A DNA stretch of 45,168 bases, taken from the NCBI GenBank assembly GCA_037441985.1, contig JBBIRE010000001.1, forward strand, positions 1-45,168. Direction: 5' to 3'. This document shows positions 10,372 through 19,031 of this stretch, one piece after another; the stretch's first letter is position 1; each line of letters opens with the position of its first letter. This stretch comes from Candidatus Roizmanbacteria bacterium (lineage in GTDB: Bacteria > Patescibacteriota > Microgenomatia > UBA1406 > GWC2-37-13). Made by a program: the position numbers and the translations under genes. The notes under the pieces were generated by a model, which had not been told where the DNA came from, did not search any database, and worked only from the letters and a program-made list of their open reading frames with translations.

Positions 10372-11958
10372 TTACTTTATTTCTCTTATCCAAAAAACCG
10401 GATTATTTTTATAGAAAATTTTAATTGATCCTTCTTCGGGAATTTCCAGCGGTCTACCAATAACTGCAATATTTCTTTCATTATTTGAATAATTAAGATT
10501 AAAAACAAATTTGTCAAATTTTTCTATTTGCTGAAAGCCATAAATATCAAAATTTCCTAATTTTGCTTGTTGTTGAATTTTTTCTGGCGGATATTGTAAA
10601 TAGAAAAGAAGAAAAATATAGGGTGGTCCAGATTCTTTTGTAATGTAAAATTTGTTAAATTTTGAATAGTTTTTTCTAATATAATTGGTTAATTCTTGAT
10701 AACCACACTGCCACGCTTGTTGGTTAAGAAATTTTTTTTGGTATTGATTTAAATAATAATGCCACGTAAAAAGATTTGGAAATAACCAACCAGTAAAAAT
10801 TAATATTCCCATTAAATAACCAATTTTTCTATCTTTAATATTTTCTAAAAAGTTAATTATTCCGTAACTAGTAATGATGAAAATTGGGATAAAAATGGAA
10901 AAAGTTCGACTAACGGATAAACCCGCCCAACTTAGAGAGCCCGAAATAGGTGATATTAATAATAAAAGAACTAAAAAAAGTCGCCATTTTTCTTTATTTT
11001 TGAATAAATAATAAATACCAACAAAAAGAAAAATATATTCAATAAATGTAAGAGGAGAGAGATAAGGATCACCGAAGCGGCGATTGTTTTCATCACCAAT
11101 GATCATTAAAAATTGCGGAGAAAAATATTTAAAGTATTCGCTGATTGAAATTTTAATTCCAAGAGTTAATTTATTGTAAAAAATTTTTGAGTTGTTATCT
11201 TTTCTTAGTTCTTCAATTTGAGAAATGAATCCTGGATTGTTAAAAAAAAGAAGATTTTTTACTCGAGTCGGTTGATAAATAAAATCAGTTAAGGCAAAGA
11301 GAATTAAAACTATTGTTGTGTTTATTAAAAAACGGAGTGGTAATTTTTTTTTAATAAGAGTGAAATAAAAAATAATCACTATAAAGAATAAAGCGAAAAT
11401 TCTAGCTGAATGATAAGAGAATAAAGAAAGTAGGAGTAAAATTAAAAAGGCGATTTCAAACTTTAATTTTTTAGTTTCAAGATTTTTTATTAAAAATAAA
11501 CTACTTAAGGTAATTAAAAAACTAGTCAAAAGAGCCTCATGGAGTTGTCTTGAAAAGGCGTGGATGAGCCAGGAGGCGCTAAAGAGGAAAATTGTTAAGA
11601 TGGCAATTGAGTTTTTTTTAAAAATAGTTTTTGTAAGAAAAAAAAGAGTAAAAGTAAACAAAACTAAAATCAAACTATTTAATAACTTAATCGAGATTTT
11701 ATTAAGGCCAAACAAAGCAATAAAAGGAATATTAAGATAAGACAAAAGAGGCATTTTGTAATCTCCAAAAGAGATTAAGCGAAGAGGCAAAAAATTACCA
11801 AATTCATCTTTGCCGGTTTTTAGTAAAGAGTAGCTATTATAGGAAAAAGCGACTTCATCAGCGTTAATACAAGGTGGAACATCACTTAGTTTATAGAAAT
11901 GAAAAAACAAATTTATAGTGATAATGAATAAAATGAGTACCAAAATTTTTTTATTCAT
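10372..11958 (-). CDS. GT-C fold membrane glycosyltransferase, ArnT/PMT_2-like (family A paralog 3)
   Basis: Polytopic membrane protein. After the first TM helix comes an acidic loop motif (INADEVAFSYNSYSLL), as in ArnT/PMT-type polyprenyl-phosphate-sugar transferases. Has a C-terminal soluble domain. Confidence 0.75.
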   Translation of the reverse strand: MNKKILVLILFIITINLFFHFYKLSDVPPCINADEVAFSYNSYSLLKTGKDEFGNFLPLRLISFGDYKMPLLSYLNIPFIALFGLNKISIKLLNSLILVLFTFTLFFLTKTIFKKNSIAILTIFLFSASWLIHAFSRQLHEALLTSFLITLSSLFLIKNLETKKLKFEIAFLILLLLSLFSYHSARIFALFFIVIIFYFTLIKKKLPLRFLINTTIVLILFALTDFIYQPTRVKNLLFFNNPGFISQIEELRKDNNSKIFYNKLTLGIKISISEYFKYFSPQFLMIIGDENNRRFGDPYLSPLTFIEYIFLFVGIYYLFKNKEKWRLFLVLLLLISPISGSLSWAGLSVSRTFSIFIPIFIITSYGIINFLENIKDRKIGYLMGILIFTGWLFPNLFTWHYYLNQYQKKFLNQQAWQCGYQELTNYIRKNYSKFNKFYITKESGPPYIFLLFYLQYPPEKIQQQAKLGNFDIYGFQQIEKFDKFVFNLNYSNNERNIAVIGRPLEIPEEGSIKIFYKNNPVFWIREIK

Positions 11959-12853
11959 ATTGAAATAATTTTAATATTTGATTGTCTTTAAGTTGGAATT
12001 GTTTCTTGTTAACACCTCTTTTTTTAATTATTGTCTTTATTTTAAATAAAGACAAGGCTAATCCTTTTAGAAATTCAAATTTTCTTTTGATGATAAAATA
12101 AACGATCCAATACGGTAACCATAATAAAGTAAAAAAAAGATAACTAATATCTAAATTTTTAAAAATAAAAATAAGTTGATTCTTAAAAGCTGTCGTTTCA
12201 ATAAATTTTGGCTGATGATATTTTCTAATTGTTGTTCCATGGAAATGATAAACTTCCGTTGATGGATCAAAAATGATTTCAAAACCAGATTTCCAGCCTC
12301 GATAAGAAAGATCGATATCTTCCCAATAAAAAGGCGAATAAAGATCATCAAAACCTGAGAGAAATAAAAACTTTTTTTTATCAAAAATAGCCGCTCCGCC
12401 TTCTGCCCAAGCATTGATTCCAGGGTTAATATTTTTTGCTTTTCGATGGAGGATCAAACCTTCTTTAAAATAAATAACGTTTTTTCCTATAATTTCTCCG
12501 CTTTTTTCAATTTGAGCAAAGGCGATAGCAAATAGCTTTGGATTTATACGAAACCTTTTAGTTAAATTTTCAAAATTGATATTTTTTATCACCACATCGG
12601 AATTTAACAATAAAACATAGGGATTTTTTGCTTTTTTAACACCGAGATTAACAGATTTAGCAAAACCTAAATTTTTTTTGTTTTCAATAAGGATAATTTT
12701 TTTATCAATTAAAACAAGATCTTTTTTTATTAATTCTTGAGGATTATCATTAACAATAATGATTTCTTTGTCTTTCAAAAAATTAAGGTTTTTTCTAAAA
12801 TTATTTAAAAATTCCTCTTTATTTTTATAAACAGGAATGACGATTGAGATCAT
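11951..12853 (-). CDS. Glycosyltransferase family 2
   Basis: N-terminus ISIVIPVYKN, then IIIVNDN, LLLNSDV and a WEDIDLSYR-type motif typical of GT2 (GT-A fold). Confidence 0.85.
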   Translation of the reverse strand: MISIVIPVYKNKEEFLNNFRKNLNFLKDKEIIIVNDNPQELIKKDLVLIDKKIILIENKKNLGFAKSVNLGVKKAKNPYVLLLNSDVVIKNINFENLTKRFRINPKLFAIAFAQIEKSGEIIGKNVIYFKEGLILHRKAKNINPGINAWAEGGAAIFDKKKFLFLSGFDDLYSPFYWEDIDLSYRGWKSGFEIIFDPSTEVYHFHGTTIRKYHQPKFIETTAFKNQLIFIFKNLDISYLFFTLLWLPYWIVYFIIKRKFEFLKGLALSLFKIKTIIKKRGVNKKQFQLKDNQILKLFQYE

Positions 12854-13965
12854 ATTACATTAATAATTGAACGAACAACTTTATCTTTAAAAATTTGATA
12901 AGAATAATTTTTTTTAACAAAATCTTTTCCGTTTTTAATAATTTCTTGATAAACTTTGGGATTGGTTTCAATTTCGTTGATTTTTTCAAAAAACTCCTCT
13001 TCATTTTTAAAAAGAATTCCATTTTTCTTGTCAGCAATTAGTTCCTTCATTCTACCTCCTTGATAGGCAATCACACAGCAACCAGAAGCCATTGCTTCTA
13101 AGGGAGCAATACCAAAATGTTCGACTTTTTCCGGGTGTTTTTCGTCATCTGTTGCAAACCCGGTAAAATGCCAATAATATTTTGTCTTTTGATAAAGATT
13201 AAGAATTTCTTGAAAAGAAATATTGGTTTTTAAAACAATTGACGGATCATTATTGGCGATTTTTATCAAAAAATCAAAATAATTTTTGTCTTCTTCTTTT
13301 ATTCTGCCTGCTAAAATTAGTTTATAATCTTTGAACAATCCATTATTACGTTTAATTTTTTTAAACATTTGAATAATTAAATCTTGTTTTTTACTATGCA
13401 TATGAGGAAAAAAACGTCCTATTGATAAAATGATTTTATCTTTTTTAGTTAATGGTAAATTTATAAATTCATCTTCGATATATGGTTCGATAACTATTGA
13501 TGGAATTCCCCATTTTTTAAGAAATCTTTGAGTAAATTTTGAATTAGAAATTAGTTGATAGTTGTAGGTTTTTATTTTATTAACTATGTTTGTTGGATAA
13601 AGTCTTTTATCAGGGACCATGGCGAAAATAAAATTTTTCTTAGCTAAAGAGAAAAAATAACTCCCATTAGTAACATAAAAAAAATAATCAAAATTAAATG
13701 TTTTTTTTAGAATGTTGATTGTTGAAAAGGGAAATTTTTTATTTTTAAAAATATTTGGGAGAAAGACAATCGGTGGTTTAAAAGTCAAACCAAAAATTTT
13801 TTTTATTTTTTGATTAAGATTTTCATCCCAAAAAATATAGATTTTATTTCCCAACTCATTGAAAACTTTTAAGATTGAAAGAATATGCTTTTCTCCACCA
13901 CCCAAAACATCCAAATAAGGATTATAGAGAGCGACTTTCTTCTGATTGACAATATTTTTTTTCAT
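12850..13965 (-). CDS. Glycosyltransferase family 4 (Pfam Glycos_transf_1)
   Basis: C-terminal EHFGIAPLEAMASGCCVIAY (E-x7-E motif region). The ATG at 13965 (MKKNIVNQKKVALYNPY) is preferred to 14016, which lies deep inside the upstream gene. Confidence 0.85.
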   Translation of the reverse strand: MKKNIVNQKKVALYNPYLDVLGGGEKHILSILKVFNELGNKIYIFWDENLNQKIKKIFGLTFKPPIVFLPNIFKNKKFPFSTINILKKTFNFDYFFYVTNGSYFFSLAKKNFIFAMVPDKRLYPTNIVNKIKTYNYQLISNSKFTQRFLKKWGIPSIVIEPYIEDEFINLPLTKKDKIILSIGRFFPHMHSKKQDLIIQMFKKIKRNNGLFKDYKLILAGRIKEEDKNYFDFLIKIANNDPSIVLKTNISFQEILNLYQKTKYYWHFTGFATDDEKHPEKVEHFGIAPLEAMASGCCVIAYQGGRMKELIADKKNGILFKNEEEFFEKINEIETNPKVYQEIIKNGKDFVKKNYSYQIFKDKVVRSIINVI

Positions 13966-14704
13966 ATAAAAAAAGATAAGTAATCGTTTTGGAAAAAGCT
14001 TGATAGATAGATTCAATTATACCCCAAATACCGTCTAAAAAGCCAAGATTTTTAAACATTCTTCTCCATAGCTCGCCAGCAAATTTTCTAAAGAATGTTA
14101 AAGTATTAACAAAGCGGTTAGCTTGAAAGAGAAGAGTAGATTCAATATCTTCAAACTTGGCAGTTTTTTCCACCATTTGGTGAAGATCACCATGAAAATA
14201 ATGAAGAAGCGGATTTTTTAAATAACCACCGTTGCCCTTAATAACTGGCGTTGAATGAATTGTTTTAGGCCATTCAACAAAATATTTTTTATTTATTAAC
14301 CTTATTTGATAATCATGCCACCAACCGCCGTATTTAAGCCAGAGATTGATAAAAATATTTTTTCTTGGAATTTTATAATAAGTGTAATTTTCTGATTGAA
14401 TAGCTTCTTTGATTTCTTTTGCTAACTCAGGAGTTAATCGTTCATCAGCATCAAGAATTAAAACCCAAGGAGAATTAGCGATTTTTATCGCTTCTTGGCG
14501 GGCTAATTCTACATAAGCAACAGGAGAAAAAATATAATAATCAACTTTTTTTTCCTTGACAATTTTTATTGTTTTGTCATTACTTTGGAGATCAAAGACG
14601 AGAATATTTTTTGTTAAAGTTCGAGCATTATCAATTAAATCAGCAATTTCTTTTTCGTTATTATAGGTAAAAACAATAATCGTTAAACAATTTGTCATTG
14701 TCAA
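13922..14704 (-). CDS. Glycosyltransferase family 2
   Basis: LTIIVFTYNNEKEI, VFDLQSNDKT, WVLILDADERL (DxD). Confidence 0.85.
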   Translation of the reverse strand: MTMTNCLTIIVFTYNNEKEIADLIDNARTLTKNILVFDLQSNDKTIKIVKEKKVDYYIFSPVAYVELARQEAIKIANSPWVLILDADERLTPELAKEIKEAIQSENYTYYKIPRKNIFINLWLKYGGWWHDYQIRLINKKYFVEWPKTIHSTPVIKGNGGYLKNPLLHYFHGDLHQMVEKTAKFEDIESTLLFQANRFVNTLTFFRKFAGELWRRMFKNLGFLDGIWGIIESIYQAFSKTITYLFLYEKKYCQSEESRSL

Positions 14705-14711
14705 AATTTTA

Positions 14712-16139
14712 TCATTTTTTTAATTCCTTTGGAATTTTTATTCCTATTTCTTCATTAATTTTTACATCTTCTCTTTTTGGAGGGATCCTTATTTCAATTA
14801 GAGGATCTTTAAAATTTCTTGACTGTTTGATTTGAAAATAATCGATTAAATAAGAAAAACCGTGATTACGTCCTAATGGAGTTGAAAATGAAATATTAAA
14901 TTTTTGACTATTAACAATTTCTTTAATCTTTTTTATAGTTTGAATCTTATAAAAGAGGCTCTGTGGTTGGTTTTTTAATTCAAGATAAATTTCTTCCTTT
15001 GTTGAAAGAAAAATAATTACAAAAATTACTAGGGGAAGAAATTTATTTAATCGTCGAAGAAGTTCAATAAGCGTGATATAAATAAACGGATAAAGAAAAA
15101 TGAAATAGTATTCAGATGGTCGTTGACCATAGAAAATAAAAAATAATGGAAAAATCAACCATAAAAAAAGCGTTAGTTGATAAAAAAGTTTAAAAAATCT
15201 TTTTTGTGTTTTTTTAATCAGATAAAGAATAATGAAAATGAAAATTAAATAAAATAATTTAGTCATTAAAACATTATTTACTTGGATAATTGGTTGTAGG
15301 AAATTACTAAAAACTTCCCACCAGATATTAATATCTTTACTTTTTAGTTTTGAAGAAAAAAATAATTGTTGAAAGCCTTTGAGATTTAAGAAATTATGTC
15401 GAAAATCAAAAATAATAATTGGAAGAAAGGTTAAAAAGTATCCTAGAAGTATTAAAATAAATTTTTTAATGCTAAGCTTTTTTTTGTTAATCGATAAAAT
15501 TACTTCAAAAAAAAGAAAAAAAATTAATAAAAGAATAAATTGGAAATGAAAATTATTAAAAAAACCGATAAGGAATCCGGAAAATAAATAAAACCACCAC
15601 TTATTATTTTTATCCTCAAAAGATAATTTTGTTAAATGCCAGACGATGATTGTTGCTATAGGGATAACGATTGGATTCCATGGTGTGGTTTCAAAATTAA
15701 TCAAAAGATAATTGATTGACCAAAAAGCAAGAAAAAATATCGCTTGCCAAATGCCAAAGAGATTTTTGAGAAAATAAAAAGATAAAAAGAAGGATAAAGA
15801 GTTATAAAAAATTAAAAAGATGATTAATGCCGATGGATGAAGAGTGGTGAAAAAATAAAACGGCGTTAATAAGTAAAAAAAATAAGGAGCGAGAAAAAAG
15901 CCTGTTTCATCTTTCACTCTTGGTCCGATTAAAGTTAATCGTTTTTCAACCAGAATTCTTTTTACTTGAAAGCTATAGTTTTCTTGATCCCAGTCAAAAA
16001 TAACTCTTTTTTCTAAGTTGTAAAATCTAAAAAAAACAAAACAATGAAAAAAATTATTATAATTACAATGATTTTTTTCATATTTGCTGTCCTTATTTAT
16101 GATACACCAAAATGGATTGAAATTTAGACAAATTGTCAT
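14712..16139 (-). CDS. GT-C-like polytopic membrane protein (family B paralog 4); 5' end interrupted by a frameshift at a T8 tract
   Basis: Shares FRFY..DWDQE..LTLIGP..WNP..FHFQ blocks with the ORFs at 27695, 31489 and 34913. The listed ORF lacks the first TM helix. An ATG at 16081, preceded by AAGGA, encodes MKKIIVIIIIFFIVLFF in another frame. That frame joins the main frame if the T8 run (plus-strand A8, 16029-16036) were T9. Confidence 0.7.
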   Translation of the reverse strand: MTICLNFNPFWCIINKDSKYEKNHCNYNNFFHCFVFFRFYNLEKRVIFDWDQENYSFQVKRILVEKRLTLIGPRVKDETGFFLAPYFFYLLTPFYFFTTLHPSALIIFLIFYNSLSFFLSFYFLKNLFGIWQAIFFLAFWSINYLLINFETTPWNPIVIPIATIIVWHLTKLSFEDKNNKWWFYLFSGFLIGFFNNFHFQFILLLIFFLFFEVILSINKKKLSIKKFILILLGYFLTFLPIIIFDFRHNFLNLKGFQQLFFSSKLKSKDINIWWEVFSNFLQPIIQVNNVLMTKLFYLIFIFIILYLIKKTQKRFFKLFYQLTLFLWLIFPLFFIFYGQRPSEYYFIFLYPFIYITLIELLRRLNKFLPLVIFVIIFLSTKEEIYLELKNQPQSLFYKIQTIKKIKEIVNSQKFNISFSTPLGRNHGFSYLIDYFQIKQSRNFKDPLIEIRIPPKREDVKINEEIGIKIPKELKK

Positions 16140-16215
16140 TCCTGATTTAATCGGGAATCTATAAATGAGATTCTCGCCTTCGTCCCGTCATGACGGGACT
16201 TCGCGGGAATGACAA
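16133..16215. repeat. GC-rich nested palindromic element in a divergent intergenic region
   Basis: Outer inverted repeat TTGTCATTCC (16133-16142) / GGAATGACAA (16206-16215). Perfect 18-bp palindrome GTCCCGTCATGACGGGAC (16182-16199). Imperfect 21-bp palindrome ATTCCTGATTTAATCGGGAAT (16138-16158). Confidence 0.7.
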
Positions 16216-16241
16216 ATAAAGTTCGAAACAGATTTAATAAA

Positions 16242-17207
16242 ATGAGCTCTAGAATTGTCAAAAAAAAACTGTTAATTTTAATCACTCTTTTTTTTACCGG
16301 CTTATTTCTTCGAGTTTATATTTCTAATCTAGGCTATAATTTTGATTTTGGTTTATGGCAGATTGTTGGCGACCTAGTTAGTCAAGGGAAAAATGTTTAT
16401 CGAGAGACGACTCGATATAGCTATGGATCAATATGGTTTTTAATTTTAGGTTTATTTAAAAAAATATCTTTATTCTTTGAAAACGATTATTTCGCTTTTC
16501 GATTTTTAGTTATCTTAACTCTTACGATCAGTAATTTTTTAATGAGTTTATTAGTTTATCGATTTTTTGGTTCTTTTGCCTTCTTTTTTATTTTTTTTAA
16601 TCCGATTTTAATTTATACTACTGGTTTTCATAATCAATTTGATACTTTAGCAATTTTTTTTGGTTTATTGGCTTTAATTACGATAGAGAAGAAACGAGAA
16701 AAGTTAGTTGGTTATTTGCTTCTTGGTTTATCACTAACAATTAAACATATTTTTCTTTTTTTTCCATTATGGTTGATAATTCGGACTAAAAACAAAAAGC
16801 AATTTCTTTACTCGCTAGTTCCTTATCTTGTTTTTATTTGTTCCTTTCTTCCATTTGTAAATTCTAAAGAAACCTATGTGGCAATTTTAAATAATGTTTT
16901 TTTAAACAAAAGAGATCTTTTATACCCATTTTTAAAAAATATTTCTTTAACAACGCCAATAATCATTTTTATTGTTTTATGGATTTTTGGATGGGTGTTT
17001 AAAAAGGAAAAAATTTTTCATTCGGGTCTTTACTATTTATTAATTTTTACCGGGAGTTTAGTTAACAGTGGAGTTTTATATTTATCAATTCCTCTGATTG
17101 GATTTTTATTTTTTCCCTTGCTGGGGCTTTTTTATACTCTGGTGGCGGCATTTTATCTTTATTTTCATGTCTTTAACCTTAAATTTAATTCTTATTATTT
17201 GTTTTAA
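16242..17207 (+). CDS. GT-C-like membrane protein, DUF2029/GT87 (PimE-like) type
   Basis: Multi-TM protein. GKNVYRETTRYSYGSIWFL and later LSLTIKHIFLFF resemble the DUF2029 pattern. The ATG at 16242 (MSSRIVKKK + TM) is preferred to 16209, which lies inside the palindromic element. Confidence 0.6.
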   Translation: MSSRIVKKKLLILITLFFTGLFLRVYISNLGYNFDFGLWQIVGDLVSQGKNVYRETTRYSYGSIWFLILGLFKKISLFFENDYFAFRFLVILTLTISNFLMSLLVYRFFGSFAFFFIFFNPILIYTTGFHNQFDTLAIFFGLLALITIEKKREKLVGYLLLGLSLTIKHIFLFFPLWLIIRTKNKKQFLYSLVPYLVFICSFLPFVNSKETYVAILNNVFLNKRDLLYPFLKNISLTTPIIIFIVLWIFGWVFKKEKIFHSGLYYLLIFTGSLVNSGVLYLSIPLIGFLFFPLLGLFYTLVAAFYLYFHVFNLKFNSYYLF

Positions 17208-17238
17208 TTTATGTTGGTTAATAATTGTCACTAAAAAG

Positions 17239-17934
17239 ATGGGTTTTTTAAGTAAGTTAATTAATAGATTAATTTCTTTTTTGTTAGTTGTGGGTTTAGT
17301 TTTTAGTTTTAAATTTTTTATTAAATATACCAAAGAATATTTTTTTTATTTTAAAAATAATTTTTACTTTTTAACAATCTATAAATCTCCATTAAAATTA
17401 TTTAAAAAGGAAAATTTTGAAACCTCTTTTGATAGAAATAAAACAATTATTGGCAATTCGATTATAAAGGAAAACAATTTGGGCTTAATTTATATTCCTT
17501 ATTTTTTAGACAATCAACCTGAAGATTTTTTCGAAAAGAATTATCAGATTGAAGTTAAATTCTTTATAAACGATCGTTTATATCATAAAGAAAAGCGACC
17601 AATTGGTAATGGGTTGACTGAAAACGGAATCATTTTTGGAATGCCGGTATTAAAAGAGGGGAAAAACAAAAATTATAAAATTGTTCTCAAAAACAATCTT
17701 CCCACAAACCAAAAATACTTTTATTTAGGAAAACATCTTCCTTATCAAGAAATTTATTTCATTGAAAAAAAACAGTTGTTATCATTTAATTTTTTTATTA
17801 ATTTTGTCAAATATAAGATTTGGTTTTCATTTTACGATAAAAAAAGCGTTAGTTATTTAATGATTTTATATTTTTATTTGTGGTTGATTATTTTTTTAAT
17901 AATTAAAAAGAGTAATAAAAAGATAAACAAATAA
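17239..17934 (+). CDS. Hypothetical membrane protein anchored at both ends
   Basis: ATG at 17239 (MGFLSKLINRLISFLLVVGLVFSF). N-terminal TM, a non-hydrophobic domain of about 150 aa, and a C-terminal TM (YLMILYFYLWLIIFLII). No motif recognised. Confidence 0.55.
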   Translation: MGFLSKLINRLISFLLVVGLVFSFKFFIKYTKEYFFYFKNNFYFLTIYKSPLKLFKKENFETSFDRNKTIIGNSIIKENNLGLIYIPYFLDNQPEDFFEKNYQIEVKFFINDRLYHKEKRPIGNGLTENGIIFGMPVLKEGKNKNYKIVLKNNLPTNQKYFYLGKHLPYQEIYFIEKKQLLSFNFFINFVKYKIWFSFYDKKSVSYLMILYFYLWLIIFLIIKKSNKKINK

Positions 17935-19031
17935 TGATAATCTTATATTTAAGTTATTTTCTAACGATCTTTTTCTTAATTTTTTACAGTTATTTTCTTG
18001 TTGATCCGAACTTTACCTTTTTTAACCATTCGTTGTGGACAGGCTTTCGAAATTTTGTTGTCAATATCGGTTATTATCAAAGAGAGCTTTCTTGGTGGAT
18101 TTATTTTATTTTAGTTTTATTATTGTTTTTCTTTCATTTTTTGCTAATCAAAAATCATAAAAAAATTAATTTAAGAATCATTGTTTTAGTATTAGGTTTA
18201 TTAACTCTTTTTAGTCATCCATTTTTATCACATGACTTTTTTAATTATCTTTTTGATGCTCGGATTTTTACTTATTACGGGAAAAATCCATATTTATATA
18301 AGGCATTGGATTTTCCATCCGATCCCTGGTTACGGTTTATGCATTGGACTCACCGGACTTATCCTTATGGGCCGATTTTTTTAATCATTAGTTTTTTCCC
18401 TTCTTTTTTCAGCTTTGGCAAGTTGATTCTTAATTTTTTTCTTTTTAAACTTGTCTGGATAATATTTTTTACCCTTTCAATTTACTTCCTTAATAAACTA
18501 AATAAAAAGTGGGCGCTATTTTTCGCGACTCATCCTTTGATTATTGTTGAAGGTTTGATTAATGCTCACAACGATTTAATTGCTTTATCGTTGGCTCTTT
18601 TTGGTTTTTATTTGTTGGCAAAAGAAAAAAAAATTTTTTATAGAGTTTTATTTTTATTATCAGCCGGAATTAAATACTTAACAGTCCCTTTAATTTTTCT
18701 TTCTAAAAAAAACAAAAAGGTTAATTATTTAATTTTTGGACTTTTAATCGCTGCTATTTTTCTTGTTTCCTTTATTGGCGAGATCCAGCCATGGTATTTC
18801 CTTTCTTTGTTTGTTTTTTTGCCAATTTTCCCAAAGCTAATAGAAAAATTGAATATTTTTTTTGCTGGTTTATTATTTTCTTATTATCCTTACATTCGAC
18901 TTGGTGGCTGGGATTCGATAGAAAAGATTAATCTTAAACATCAGATTATTTTGGTAGGATTTTTACTTAATATTTTTTATTTAATTGGGGTAAAATTAAA
19001 GAGAAATGAAACTATTTATAAAAAAAATTGA
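17934..19031 (+). CDS. GT-C-like membrane protein, DUF2029/MptB-like
   Basis: SHDFFNYLFDARIFTYYGKNPY...YPYGPIF, then NAHNDLIALSLALFG and SAGIKYLTVP. This resembles the mycobacterial-type polyprenyl-P-mannose transferase family pattern. The start overlaps the previous stop (TAATG). Confidence 0.6.
   Translation: MIILYLSYFLTIFFLIFYSYFLVDPNFTFFNHSLWTGFRNFVVNIGYYQRELSWWIYFILVLLLFFFHFLLIKNHKKINLRIIVLVLGLLTLFSHPFLSHDFFNYLFDARIFTYYGKNPYLYKALDFPSDPWLRFMHWTHRTYPYGPIFLIISFFPSFFSFGKLILNFFLFKLVWIIFFTLSIYFLNKLNKKWALFFATHPLIIVEGLINAHNDLIALSLALFGFYLLAKEKKIFYRVLFLLSAGIKYLTVPLIFLSKKNKKVNYLIFGLLIAAIFLVSFIGEIQPWYFLSLFVFLPIFPKLIEKLNIFFAGLLFSYYPYIRLGGWDSIEKINLKHQIILVGFLLNIFYLIGVKLKRNETIYKKN

Noticed and set aside
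16182-16199. The 18-bp perfect palindrome as a Rho-independent terminator
   Set aside because: No T-tract follows on either strand, and the flanking genes diverge from this region, so nothing needs terminating there.
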